From Paraphysomonas bandaiensis (Eukaryota > Protista > Chrysophyceae): a DNA stretch of 64,000 nt. Position 1 is the stretch's first letter, and each line of letters opens with the position of its first letter. Position numbers and translations under genes: made by a program. Below are positions 11,344 through 24,227 of this stretch, piece by piece. The notes beneath the pieces are model-generated. The model made no database searches. It had not been told where the DNA came from and saw nothing but the letters and a program-made list of their open reading frames with translations. The DNA is taken from contig CBFFRP010000407.1 in assembly GCA_965644295.1 (NCBI GenBank), positions 62,001 to 126,000 of the forward strand. The letters are read 5' to 3'.

Positions 11344-14300
11344 ATGTCTCTCGGTAGATTGTTGCTGCGTATAGTGCTCCTGAGTCAACTGGCCTCTCTC
11401 TCTCTTCTGTCTCACCCCCTCACCCATCCGCTCTCGCAGGGACAGCAGCTGGACCCCACAGACTTTTTTAAGGGCTCCCAGCACCGACCGAAGTTAGAAA
11501 TCATTCATCCTGAGAACGGACAGGTACTGAACGACATCACATTAGATATCAAGATAGCGATCACAGGCTATGAGCTGCCGTCTCACTTTCACGATAGCAG
11601 TATATGCATCGCCATATCGACCGGAAGCAGTGAGGTTGGAGAGCAATGTTTTGACCAGTCAGCAGATTTGAGTTTTCATATAACGGGCTTGTCGCCTGGA
11701 TTTACGTATTCGATAAGAGTGCTGTTCTTGGAACGTGGAAAGACTATTGCCATGAGTGTTCGGAGCTTTCGAGTGGCTGGCATTGTGGGTGTACTGGATG
11801 ATCCAGAGCAAGCTGTTAGTATAGAAACTGCTCTTCAAGTGGCTGTGAAGCATCAAGTGAAAGGCTTACATATACAAGCTGAGAAGATATATAGAAATAT
11901 TTTAACTGAGAACCCACATCATGCGACGGCTCTACATTTGTTGGGTGTAGTCTTCATACAGAAAGGTATACTAGATTGTCTATTTGTGTTACGAGTAGAA
12001 ACCATTGTAATTTCTTTCCGTTATCTCCAGGGGAACATTCTCAGGCGATTCCTTATATTGAACAAGCCTTACATTCTAACAGTACTTTCGAAGACTTTCA
12101 CAATAATTTGGGAGAGTGCTATCGAGTTCTAGGTATACACACTATGAAAAACTGGGCCGGGTGTCGTTATGGCCTTAAATATATTGTGCATTCGATTTGT
12201 CGTTGCAGTTTCCTTCCATTATTTTGCACAATGAAATCTCTGGCGAATTTGTTGTGTATATTTTACTCTGCGTCAACTATTTCTTGTTACTGTGTGTATG
12301 CAGGCCGCATCAGTGAAGCCCAAGAAGAATTTCAGAAAGCACTGAAGTTGAATCCGGGTCTATTTACAGCTCTGTATAACCTTGGTTAGCGATTACTAGT
12401 GTGTTAGCTTATAAAGTGTTCTGCTTATTGCTGAAATCATGAACTGCACTTGTGTATTCTCGCACTTCCAGCTGAAATATATTTCTCTTCTTGTTGCATG
12501 CTGTGCTCTTTTTACTTTAGAGTAGGCGTAGTGGTAGTATATCGTACATTCTTGCCAACAAATTGTTTGTACGTCCAATAACTTATGCGTTATATACAGG
12601 TCTTATATATCAGCAGAACTTTAGACAGTTGGATCGTGCGATAGCGAGCTACAGACAGGTGTTGGAATTGGAGAGCCGTAACCCAGGTAGAGTTTCATAT
12701 GTATATACACGTCCTCCTCTGCAGTGTATAGTAGATGCCGTTATGGCTGGTGACGGTTGTTTTCTTGGACCGAAGCGGTTTTAATTGGCGACTATGAAAA
12801 ATACAGGAACTGTTCCGAGGGACACATTACGAGAGATAAAAATTAGAGAGTGTGACCTCATTGAGACGATGGAGATGAACGGAGAGTTTCCTCCTGGACA
12901 GGTATGTCTCTCCCTGACAATTTAACTGCAATTGTAAATTACTATTGAATCTTATAATTCAGTAATTGTTTAATGCGAAATTCAGGAAGAAGATGAATTA
13001 GAGTGTTGGCTGGAAGGACTTCAGATGTTTCCTGACAGTAGTACTATAAGCAATGAGCTAGGAAATACATATGTCGAGGTGAGTATATCCTGTTATATGT
13101 AGATCACTGCGTTTTTTACTGTCTTTGTATCATGCGGTTCTCGGCTTCTAGCGGGGTCTACTCAAGGAAGCGTTCGAGATGTATACTCTGGCAGCATCTC
13201 TAGGTGGGCATTAGGTTTATTTCATTTCCATACTCTACGCGAACTATAATGCTCCATACTGTATTACATTCCGTGAATATATTAATACTATTTCTATTAT
13301 TACCAGGACTTTTCATTGCGGAATTGAATAAAGCTAATGTACTTGAGATACAAGGGTTTACCGCTGAAGCAAGAGCATCATTCGAGGAGACATTAGTGAA
13401 GGCCGAGACCCAGGTATGTTTGTGGCTTATATATTATTGGTTGTATTAAGAAGATCGGCCGTCTCTTGCGCCATGTTACATATATTGTTTGCTTGCGTAA
13501 AACAATGTGCCATATATAATAGCGTCTACGTATGTGTACTTTGAGTTATATATTCTAACGGCAATGTCATACGTTCGTTTCATGTAGAGCTTACCCTCTT
13601 TTCACGTGTCTGTTCGAATGGCGACTGTGACACCTCGCATTTTACCGTCAACTGACTATGAGCTGAAAGACATACGTAATACAATTGAACGTGATATGGA
13701 TAAACTATTGTCATCCCCTGCTCCAAGGAATATAGATAACGCTCCGCCAACGAATTATGGATTTTCCACGGGGTTCTACTGGGCTTACCATGGTCATGGA
13801 AATTTGAATTTGAAGTCCAAAATGTATCGCCTGTATTTGCTTTACTGTCCTGCCTTGTCTAGAGGCTACTTTATCGACCCTGTGACGGGGACTCATAATG
13901 CATCACCAGATAGCGATGATATACAAGACGAAAGTACTGATACAGCTATTGCCCAAGCTCGTAATGTAGCAGATAGTGCTAATGCGGAAGGATGGGGATT
14001 CATTGATGATCATACGCAACTCTTTGATGGTACAGGACAAAGTGATCAAACTTTCAATTCTACTGATAATCATTCATTGGCCCTTGAAAGCACATCAGAG
14101 AATGGAACAAGGTTAATTCGAATAGGATTTGCATCAAGATATTTCTTTATTCACCCTGTTGGAATCATGTATGAGCGAGTGATAAAAGAATTATCGCAAG
14201 CAGGGCATTTAGTATATCTGTTTTTTATAGATGGGTACTACGCTCCTGAAAACGATGCGGTATCTCAAGCAATTCGATCATATGCCCATAAAGTTCTCGT

Positions 14301-15561
14301 GCCACTTGCTGATGTGTCCGTGTTCGTAAAGACAGTACGAGACGAGGAGTTAGATGTGTTAATATACACTGACCTTGGCCTTGACCCGGTGCCGTTTTTT
14401 TCCGCATTTGCTCGACTAGCTCCGATTCAAGTAACTACATTAGGATTTCCAGATACATCTGGCATGGCCTCTGTTAACTACTTCATATCAGGGGATATTG
14501 AAATTTCAAATGCAGAGCTTAGTTATAGTGAGACTCTTATAAAAATGCCTCATATGGGGGTCTGCTTTGAAGATCGGTACGTTTGTTGTTATGACTCTGT
14601 ATCATTGTTCCGTTTTTAGTAGGCACATGAAAATAATTCCTTGTGTGCGACTTCCTTTTAATTTTATGTTGCTTAGGTACTTTGACTATGCTGTTACTCT
14701 ACAGAATCACCGCACTATGCTTCTTGAACGAGCGAAATATATAGAGTCCATAGGTAGCTGCCAAAATCTCTATATGAATATCTATTTGTAAATGTGTATT
14801 ACAAACTATTTGTGTGTATATATATAGGTCGCAATAAATGAGTTGTTGATTATTTCGTCGTGTAGTGGCAGTATCATAGCCCGATATACATGTTTTACGG
14901 ACGTGGTTAAAATGAATTATTCTATGATCTTACAGGTGTTCCACGAGCTGCACATTTATATGTCATTGGCCAGCCTCTGTATGTGATGCACCCATCATTT
15001 GATGAGGTTATTACTCGTATTCTGCTGCAAGATAAGCTGGCCTATGTGATTTTTTTAGACCGCCCTGGGAAGACCTCATGGCAGAATCTATTCCGTAACA
15101 GATTAATTGGAAAGTTTTCCGAAGAAACTAGTAAACGATTATTCTTTCATACTGATTTATCAAATGCCGGGTATTTTAAAGCCATCGCCGCAGCTCATGT
15201 AGTGCTGGACCCGTTTCCGTCTTCTGATTATACTCCATCATTCTATGCCCTGGCAATTGGGGTGCCCGTGATCACCATGCCGTCAAGGAGGATTATTGGA
15301 AGAATGACATATTCACTGTATCGCACAATTGGCTACGAAGGACTGGTAGTGAAGACGGCTTTGGAGTACAGTACTCTCGCTCTGAGCATTGCACACAAAC
15401 CTAAAGAGCGGGCAATGCACTCAGAAAAAATCATGTCTTCCAGACACCTCCTCTTTGATTGTTTTCATGTGGTCAGTAATTGGAATCAGTTTTTCCGGAG
15501 GGCCGTTGCGGAGTCCAAACACCCTCGACTGCGCAAACAGACTCTAATTGTACCCGAGTAA
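11344..15561 (+). CDS. TPR-containing GT41 (OGT/SPINDLY-like) glycosyltransferase with N-terminal signal peptide, multi-exon
   Basis: Hydrophobic N-terminus and TPRs ('AEKIYRNILTENPHHATALHLLGVV', 'FHNNLGECYR', 'ALYNLG'). GT41 motifs 'IRIGFASRYFFIHPVG', 'LDVLIYTDLGLDP...RLAPIQVTTLGFPDTSG', 'MHPSFD', 'VVLDPFP...ALAIGVPVITMP'. Confidence 0.85.
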
Positions 15562-15970
15562 CGCAGTGAACAGAGACTCAATGCTGCATCAACGGAGAGT
15601 TTTATGCCAACACTCTATAAACACACAATAGAGAACGAAATCGAGTTCATATTGTGTTTCCAGTTATGAGTTTACTCTCACGTATATATTAATAAAAAAC
15701 GATTAACGTTCTATGCAGGAACTCTTGAAATGATAGTGCAACTTGAATTATCATGTTGTCTCCTCATAGCACCGAGACAATTAACACAACATTAACATGC
15801 TGGCCATACAGCTGCAGTACCCTAAAACCTTATGAAGTAACTTTGTACAGCAATAACTTCTTCTACTACGGTACACATAGTCTTTCGTAAAACAGAACTC
15901 AATATAAAAGCATTATTATATATATTATTATATAGTCAATAATGACTGTTTAACTATTCGATTAGGGTTA

Positions 15971-17077
15971 GTACGACAAAAGATTGTGCTTTGATAAGAA
16001 ACAAGCTGTGGTAGCTGAACTCATAGGTACATAGGTCATAGGTACCAGCAGGGCTGCGTAATAATTGCAATTATAATTGCTCGCTGGAAGGTTGCAATTA
16101 GTATATGGACATAATATAGTAGAATTAGAACTTGGAAAACATTAAGGAAGATAACCATTTATTGCCTTTAATAGCCATCACCCTGTATGGCTATTATAAT
16201 ATTAATATGGTGGGAAAGTTGGTCCCTCATTTTGAATTTCTTAACATTTTGAAAAGTACTGTTTCTTTTTTGTACGGCTGATTACGTTTCTTCAGCTCTT
16301 GATCTTGAATTACAAGACTAAGTTCAGCTCGATCCATAGTGTAGTACCCATCTACTATCTACTGTAGTTTGAAGATACCTCTATAAGTAGTTTGGCAATC
16401 ATATTCTTACCGATCCTGCCTTACAGAATACAGGATTGATTGAAGTTTACTTCGAACTGGACGTGCAGCGGTGTGGACATGGTATTATCAGGGCCTTTTA
16501 CTGTTTTCTACAGTCGAAAACATGGATACATTTACCGTTTTGGTCATACGTAATTTCAGCATTATAATTTACAATACTGTGTGTATCATTAATTTAGAAA
16601 TGTATGACAACTTTACACCAGGTTTACACCCAACGTGTGCAAACAGCTCCGCACTCTGAAAAATGCAAGCTAATTGAAGAGAGATGACTTGGCATGTGCT
16701 TCTGTGAAAAATGACACTCGATGGGGTTCCATACTTACCATGCTCCAAAGATTTTAGGAGCTACCAGAAGATCTGGGTAGGTGCAGTTTTCTCACATTGT
16801 ATTTAACGTATTCTACAGTTCTATCTCTTAGAGAAATATGTGTATTCCAAAACAGTAAGACACAGTATATGGAGTATATGATGGAGAAATATATCAGCAT
16901 CGGAGTAGGTCGTAGTTTGTAGTAAATATTATCATGGAGGGTAGTATCATCACATGACATGAATTCTAGACGATAATATGAATACATGTTTCGACGCTCA
17001 GGTATCATAATCAACTTTGTACTACTAAAGATTGTGCTTTGATAATAAACAAACTGTGGTAGCTGAACCACAGGTAC
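15971..17077 (+). repeat. ~60-bp direct repeat (15971-16030 and 17020-17077) bracketing a hAT relic
   Basis: AAAGATTGTGCTTTGATAA.AAACAA.CTGTGGTAGCTGAAC occurs at both positions. Confidence 0.8.
16641..16776 (+). pseudogene. hAT-family transposase relic
   Basis: In-frame 'KQLRTLKNAS*LKRDDLACASVKNDTRWGSILTMLQRF*EL', containing the hAT TRW(N/S)S..ML motif and two stops. A possible CAGGG terminus lies near 16049. Confidence 0.7.
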
Positions 17078-17411
17078 TAAGTCGAGCTCTCTTGTTTGCT
17101 GACGTCGGCGCAATCCAGAACACGCTGTGCAAAGTCAGTTTCTTCACTTTGTACGAAGTGTTATGCATTCAGGAGATAAAACGCATAGACTTTTAAGGTG
17201 TACTTCATGCGAGCTGTTTAACATACTCTCGACATTCTAATAATAACTCTAGTTACCAAACTCTGAAGTTTCTTCCACACGGAAAGAATAAGTATGTAGT
17301 ATATACATATTTCTACCATGATACCAATATGTTGTAAAGTATAAACGTCACAAATAAAACTATATCCATTGAACATGACTGCGACATTATAATCGATTCC
17401 AAGTATTGTGT

Positions 17412-17427
17412 GGTGTTAATAAACACC
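17412..17427 (-). promoter_or_regulatory. Histone mRNA 3' stem-loop (H2A)
   Basis: Minus strand reads AAAATA-GGTGTT-TATT-AACACC-AC: a 6-bp stem and 4-nt loop ~35 nt after the stop. Confidence 0.85.
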
Positions 17428-17460
17428 TATTTTGTTTAGTTTTGAAATAACCGACTGCAC

Positions 17461-17841
17461 TTAAGCCTTGGCCTGAGACTTCTTGGGGAGGAGCACATTG
17501 TGGATGTTGGGGAGGACACCACCCTGAGAGATGGTGACGCCGCCCAAAAGCTTATTGAGCTCCTCGTCATTGCGAACAGCCAGCTGAATGTGGCGAGGGA
17601 TGATGCGGGTCTTCTTGTTGTCCCTGGCAGCGTTACCAGCAAGCTCAAGAATCTCAGCAGTGAGGTACTCAAGCACAGAGGCAAGGTAGACGGGAGCACC
17701 AGCACCAACTCTGGGAGCATATCGACCCTTCTTCAGGTATCTGCCGATACGGCCAACTGGGAACTGAAGACCAGCCTTGGCTGATGAAGAGGTAGATTTC
17801 TTGCCGGCACCACGGCCAGATTTTCCAGTCTTTGCAGGCAT
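17461..17841 (-). CDS. H2A: Histone H2A (intronless)
   Basis: Canonical '[17 protein letters not shown]...[43 protein letters not shown]'. Confidence 0.99.
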   Translation of the reverse strand: MPAKTGKSGRGAGKKSTSSSAKAGLQFPVGRIGRYLKKGRYAPRVGAGAPVYLASVLEYLTAEILELAGNAARDNKKTRIIPRHIQLAVRNDEELNKLLGGVTISQGGVLPNIHNVLLPKKSQAKA

Positions 17842-18127
17842 TATTGATTATTGGTAGGTTTCAATTAGTGTTACTCTGAGAAGAGATGAGATTTAATTGT
17901 GATGACTCGCCACTTCTTTGGGTTCAAATTATGTGTGATGACTGACTGCTCAAGATGCGTTTTTTTGGAGATGCTATAACATCCTCATCATCAGCAGATA
18001 GAGATGCTCAAATCTGACTCCTCAAGATATGATGTTTTTGAAAGTTGTATTTTTTGGGTCTGGGATCAACACTGAGCTTCCTTCAAAATTAATTCTCATT
18101 TGAAATCGATTAATTTGAAATACCAAA
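17842..18127. promoter_or_regulatory. Bidirectional H2A/H2B promoter with repeated motif TGACT(G/C)CTCAAGAT (17943-17956, 18015-18028)
   Basis: Divergent histone pair separated by 286 bp, with a 14-mer repeated at 1 mismatch. Confidence 0.55.
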
Positions 18128-18481
18128 ATGGCTAAGACTCCTGGAAAGAAGAGCGTAAAGGCTCCCGCCAAGAAGGCTGCTGGCAAAGGCCACAAGAAGA
18201 GGGTGGAGAGCTACTCTTCTTACGTGTACAAGGTGCTTAAGCAGGTTCACCCTGAGACTGGTATCTCCAAGAGAGGAATGTCTATCATGAACTCTTTTGT
18301 CAACGATATCTTCGAGAGAATCGCTTCTGAGGCTTCTCGTCTTGCTCGTTACAACAAGAAGTCTACTCTGTCCTCTAGAGAGATTCAGACTGCAGTTCGT
18401 CTCATGCTCCCTGGTGAGCTCGCCAAGCACGCCGTCTCTGAGGGTACCAAGGCCGTCACTAAGTTCACTTCTTCCGCTTAA
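18128..18481 (+). CDS. H2B: Histone H2B (intronless)
   Basis: Canonical '[40 protein letters not shown]...[20 protein letters not shown]'. Confidence 0.99.
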   Translation: MAKTPGKKSVKAPAKKAAGKGHKKRVESYSSYVYKVLKQVHPETGISKRGMSIMNSFVNDIFERIASEASRLARYNKKSTLSSREIQTAVRLMLPGELAKHAVSEGTKAVTKFTSSA

Positions 18482-18514
18482 GTGTGTGTATTGACGCAAC
18501 TCAAAATAAAAATA

Positions 18515-18530
18515 GGTGTTTATCAACACC
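18515..18530 (+). promoter_or_regulatory. Histone mRNA 3' stem-loop (H2B)
   Basis: AAAATA-GGTGTT-TATC-AACACC-AC, at the same spacing from the stop as in H2A. Confidence 0.85.
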
Positions 18531-18674
18531 ACATTTTGATGGATACCTGTAGCATATTTGTGTTACAATATATGCAGTTGATGTTGCGAAGTATTCATCG
18601 GTAATTGTTTAGCTATTTTACTATTGGTAGCAGTAGGTGTATGTATGCGATGGTACTTGCAAAGATCATTATCA

Positions 18675-21040
18675 AATATGTATTCTGTACTTATGATGAA
18701 TGTGAACAGTTGTAGTCGCTCGAAAGCTTTCTTATTGTTTTAATTAGCATCATCACATTTACATACACTGCTCTTAACCTCTGCTAGTGCACCTGATTGA
18801 ATGATGCGTGTATTGTGTATGATATGAGGTACACAATATCTTCATAAGCACAATGTAACCCTGAAAGAACTGGATGCCACTGCCCTTGCTTTACCATATA
18901 TACAGCATCCCATCAGATATAGCACTTCAATTCTCCTGAAATATTCTTGAAGTTGTTTCGGAGTCATGGTTATGAAGGTAGGTGGCTTGTACTGACATCA
19001 CTATGATCTTCTACAGAGTCGAAGGATGGAATATAACTTGGAGTGTTTAATGATCAGCTTTGGATAGCTGACTCATCACTGTGGTTTATCTATAACTCTA
19101 TAATATAATGAAATCACATACAAATGACTGTCAATATCATAATGAAGATACAAGTGAGCTTCCGTTGAGCCGAATATGAAGTTGAATGTCTATATTTGCC
19201 CGGTGCTAATATGCGCTCTGTTGAGCCCAAGTCAGGTTATATTTAACCACGGACAATAAGGAGGCTATATCTTCCCGCGTTCAAAATTTTGAAGGTTAAA
19301 AATTGTATAGCCTATCCTCATATTGTTGAAATTCTAATCACTACAATGTATTGCTATTGTAGCTTACTTGCTGTAATAAGAAATACGTGTTCCCTTATTA
19401 AAATTATGTAAACAAATGAGAAAACAAAGAATTGTGTTTCAAATCAATGACAGCAACATAAGGAAATGTCATTAGGAAATGCTTGCAATATATTGTTATC
19501 CCCATTTTGTCTCAAAAATGCTTTTTTTTGACCTGATTCGGGCTCAACAGGGCGCTCATATCACCACCGGGCAAATATAGACATTCAACTTCAATATTTG
19601 GTTCAACAGAAGCTCACTTCTATCTTCATTATGATAATGACAGTCGAATGTACGTGATTTCATTATAGTACACAATTATAGAGAAACCACAATCAGGAGC
19701 CAAATATCAAGAGCAGATCACTAACTCCAAGTTATATTCCATCCTTCGACTGCTGTAGAAGATCATAATGAGGTCAGTGCAAGTGATCTGTCTTCATATC
19801 CAGGACTTCGAAACAACTTCAAGAACATTACAGGAGAGTTTAAGTACCATATCTGATGCTATATAGGTGGTTAGGAGCAGTGGCACCCAGTTCTTTCAGG
19901 GTTGGAGCCATATCGTGCTTCTCAGGATATTGTGTGTTTCGTATCATACACACATCTTTCGATCAGGTGCACTTGCAGAGGTAAAGCCTGCTGTATATAA
20001 ATGTGATGATGATGCTAATTAAGGCAATAAGAAGCCTCTCTTTCATCTTCAACTGTTTACATTTATCATCACACTTACAGTATACATATCATTCATTTGA
20101 AACTATATGAGTTCTCATTTGTGTTATTAATGTTAATCAAGGAACATTTATTTCTTAATACAGCAAGCATGCTACAAATAGCTATACAATCTAATATTAA
20201 CTTTTCAACGTCATGAGGATAAGCTACAATTTAACCTAGGGATAAGGAGTATCGTCCCTTGTCTAAATTTTAAAACTCGGGCTTTTCGCCCTCGTTTCAA
20301 AATTTTGAGCGCGGGACGATATAGCCTCCTTATTGCCCGTGGTTAAATATAACTATATCGCCCCCTGATTTGGACTATATAGACAAACTCAGTCAAAAGC
20401 CAATATTATCTTCCCGAATTTCAATAATAGCTACAATAAATATACCCCTATCACCCTATCACAGAAGGATACTAAGGGAAGCTGCAAGGAATTGAAATTC
20501 GTACATGTGATGATTAATTGTAGTCGCGAGATTCCTACTTCTTGTTGTCATTGGCATCATTATCACATTTGTGTACAGCACGCTTAACCTCTGCTAGTGC
20601 TACTGCTAGAATGATGTGTATATGATATGACACATATTCCTAAAAGCACGACACTGAAATGGCTGGCTGACATTGCTCTAATCACCTATAAAACATCAGA
20701 ACTGTAATATTCTTGAGGAAGTATTGTTTCGAAGTTTAGTTATAAAGAATAAAGATAGGTGCACTGTCAGCATCATGATCTTCTACACCAGGCGAAGGAT
20801 GGAATACAACTTGGAGTGTTTGATGATATGCTTGTGAAAGTTGACTCATCATTTTGGTTTCTCTTTAATTGTGTAATATAATGAGATCACATGCCACATA
20901 GATATGACTGTCAATATCGTACTAATTAAGATAGAAGAGAGCCCGAATATTGAAGTTGAATGACTATATTTTCCTGGTTATGATGTGAGCGTTCCGTTGA
21001 GCCCAATTCAGATCAAAAGATGATTTTGTGAGTCAATAAT
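18675..21040. repeat. Cluster of RepB repeat copies: 18675-19430 (+), 19500-20352 (-), 20460-21040 (+)
   Basis: Shared diverged blocks such as AACCTCTGCTAGTGC, CGAAGGATGGAATA.AACTTGGAGTGTTT and GAAGTTGAATGTCTATAT. 19141-19236 is the reverse complement of 19530-19630. Confidence 0.85.
20229..20348 (-). mobile_element. Long imperfect terminal hairpin of RepB with apex CGAGGGCGAAAAGCCCGAG (Crypton-like non-autonomous element end)
   Basis: Arms pair as TTAACC/GGTTAA, ATAAGGAG/CTCCTTAT, TATCGTCCC/GGGACGATA and AAATTTT/AAAATTT. The family assignment is inference. Confidence 0.55.
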
Positions 21041-21382
21041 TTGAACTTTTGTGTACGATCCGCTAATAATAATGTCAATCTTGATAGATACGTTGCGCAC
21101 AACTCTATTTATTCTTGCAATTAGACTAACTGATTACTAGTTCCTTCGAACTACGTACGACTTAACTAACAGCAACCAGAAATTGTTTCTGTATATCACA
21201 ACCTGGGAATTAGCACCTTCACTGTGGAAGTACACAACACAACGCCTACCAATCAACAATACAAATAGGAGGAAATTCATGTACAGTTTCATGTAGCGAA
21301 CTCGTATCTGTACTACACCTATTGTCCTTGATATACACCACGAGATATACACAGCAACTTAAAAATATCGTGGGGCTGAGCA

Positions 21383-23678
21383 TTATGGGGTAGACTCCTT
21401 GACCCCACTATCAGAGAGAACTGAGAGCGATGTCGTAGAAGTGGCGGGATCAATGGACAATGATGACCCTCCGTCCATCATTGCGCTCAGCATAGAGTTC
21501 ATGAAACGTTCTGTAATTCTGCGAAGAATATAGTTCGGTTATATATATTTTTGTCCAACACAGCCACATATAGACATAATATTGTAACGGGGTATACCTT
21601 GTCAGATTAACCACATGTCCTCTATCAACTTCAGTGAGTCCAGGAGAATCAACTTCAGTCAGTTCAGACAAGCGTTCGGTATGTTTTTCGAGCATTTCCT
21701 GATGGTGTTCGTATAACTCCTTCTCCGCTGTGCGGAAATATATATAAAAATACGACATTGGATACTGTGATGCCATATGAAAGAATACATCTCCACATAT
21801 TATATTATATATAGAGCGCATGCAACTCAGTAACAGCGTGCATAGCATAGTAAGTACAATACATCGCGCATATATTACATATGTGCGTGACTGGTGCACA
21901 TACCAGTTCCGTCTTTTAAAAAGTGGCCTAAAACATAGGTATATTTCAGTACCCGCCTGCATTCGATCACCTAAATTGTAATTTTTATATATTATCATAT
22001 AAAAATCTATAGTCATAATATCAGAGTGATTATACAGCACTAAAAGAGTCCAATGCTCTGCACGTACACATTACTCTCAGTCCTACCTGTTCAACGGCTT
22101 GTTTCAAAAACTGTACATCAATCCATGCGCTACGCTCTGTTTCCTGCAGCTCTACCATTTTCTTCTCTGCGTTTTCTCGCTGCTTAGATGCAAATTTTAG
22201 AGCGCTATCATGGCCATGATAGCGTTGGTAATAGTGCAAGTATCTGTCAAAGTAATAAAAGCAATAAATTATGAAGGAAAACGTTGCGCAAGAAAACATC
22301 AGCTGATGTACTGAGTATCTTTAATACACAGCATTTCCTAGTACACGAACATGCATTACCTATCCAATTCGGCTTTCGCTTTTTCCACATTCTTGTCTTT
22401 GTTGGCACTGGGGTCATATTTATTGCACTTATAGTACCCTCCAGTATTTTGACCATGCTCTTCCCATCCACCCATGCAAATCCAGCAAAAGTCATACTTA
22501 CACATTCTGCACGTCATATGATTACATCCTTGGTTCTTTTCGATACGTGTGTTGCATTTCGGACATCGCTTTGTGTGCGCCAATATCCAGTTCGCTGTTT
22601 CAGATTCATTTTGACACTTTTCTTGCCACATGGCAAGGTGAGAACACGTTGCCGGGTCGTGGGCTTCACTACCGCATCTGAAGCAAAATGGCAATGAACA
22701 TGCACATCGGACAGTCGTTATTCCCGATCCTATCGCAATCTGTATCAAGCGGAGTTAAATTACTTTATAATAGTAGATATATAATCCGCTAATACGCACT
22801 TATACATCTACTTGAGCTCATTCAATACTACTATATCACAATAAGACATTAGTATTACCACAGTATATACATCACCTTCTCACATCCTGGGAAAGGACAC
22901 CACCTCATATTACTACTTGTTTCTATAAAATTTCTGGTGAGGTACATCAAGTACTTGTCATACACTTCGGCAGGGCAAAGAGCTTCCACCACAGATTTCG
23001 TAATGCTTTGCTTGCATTTATATTCCGGACAATGCGTACTCATGCAAGATGGTCCATCTTTTATTTGCGTGTTTAGATACGCGCCATAACATACCCTGTC
23101 GTCCAGTAATTCATTGTAGAAATGCAAGAGCACAAAAAGGTCAACAATATATAAAAACACGGGAAATGAATACATGAATATATACTCAAATGTAAAAATA
23201 ATATATACCTACAAAATCGATGTCCACAGTTCAGTCCATACACGTTGGCCAGGTCATGCTCATCGCCACAGATACGGCATATCAAAGTCGATTCAGCACT
23301 TTGAGGATTCGAAATGGCCTGCCCCGCCCCAGCATTAGATACAGCCTTTTCAGGATCCGAATAGTATCCATCAACCAAGCGTTCCTTGTTCCACTTGTAC
23401 TGTTGTAAAAGTACTTGTGCAATATCTTGACTGACACCAAGTAGGTTTGCGATTTCAGCAATAAACGATTCCATCATTGGATAAACTTCCTTATAATCTA
23501 GCAATTTAAAGCCTGTATTTCACTAGATATCAATGCGACATACATATAACCCGGGCATCTTACCCCCGTCAGGAATGTGGAATACATTCCCGGAATCCAT
23601 TGTAGTGACATCATCAGCATCAGAATAGACATATTCCTCATCCTCGTCCTCATAAACATACTCTTCATCATCAGACAT
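21383..23678 (-). CDS. Ariadne-family RBR E3 ubiquitin ligase (ARIH1/ARI-like), multi-exon
   Basis: Acidic N-terminus, UBA-like 'LLQQYKWNKERL', RING1 'CRICGD...CGHRFC', IBR 'WCPFPGC...CACSLPFCFRCGSEAHDPATC', RING2 'TKRCPKCNTRIEKNQGCNHMTC...FCWIC', Ariadne domain 'RYLHYYQRY'. Confidence 0.93.
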
Positions 23679-24227
23679 TGTTCACAACTTCAAGGGCAAG
23701 AAATCAGAAAGAAAAAAATTGATTCCAATCTCAATTCACAACAATGTTGGAGTACTCAAGGTGTAATCCGCGCTTATGAACGACTGGAAGTATTTTATAT
23801 CATCCTCCCAGAATTCTTTCACGAATTCAATTCTTCCCAATTTTTTTTGTACCTCAATATCCCATTTCCACGCCCAAACCCCTTATTTCACCTGTTTAAC
23901 CCATTTCTATACCAACACAACTGTAAAACTTGGTGTTTCTACACTAACATTTCAGAAATCGGTGTTTTAGCACTTCAGGGAGCGTCATTGGTCATTGGTA
24001 CGGACATATCCATATCTACAAGCGTATACGCACGTATGATTATGCCCATATATTATGCTGCACAGTGTGCACTGCTGTCACGGATTTACCATATAAAAAG
24101 GACAGATTATGGATCTCACGTCCCGACATTAACTGGATATACATGAGATTAGAATCATGGTATGATTGTGTTCCAAATATAAGCCACTATTCGTATGGTG
24201 AGTGGATGATAGTGTGCCGCTGCGAAC

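Noticed and set aside
17500-18532. Antisense or alternate-frame ORFs over the histone genes (and similar ORFs over other genes)
   Set aside because: They are explained by codon bias of the real genes.
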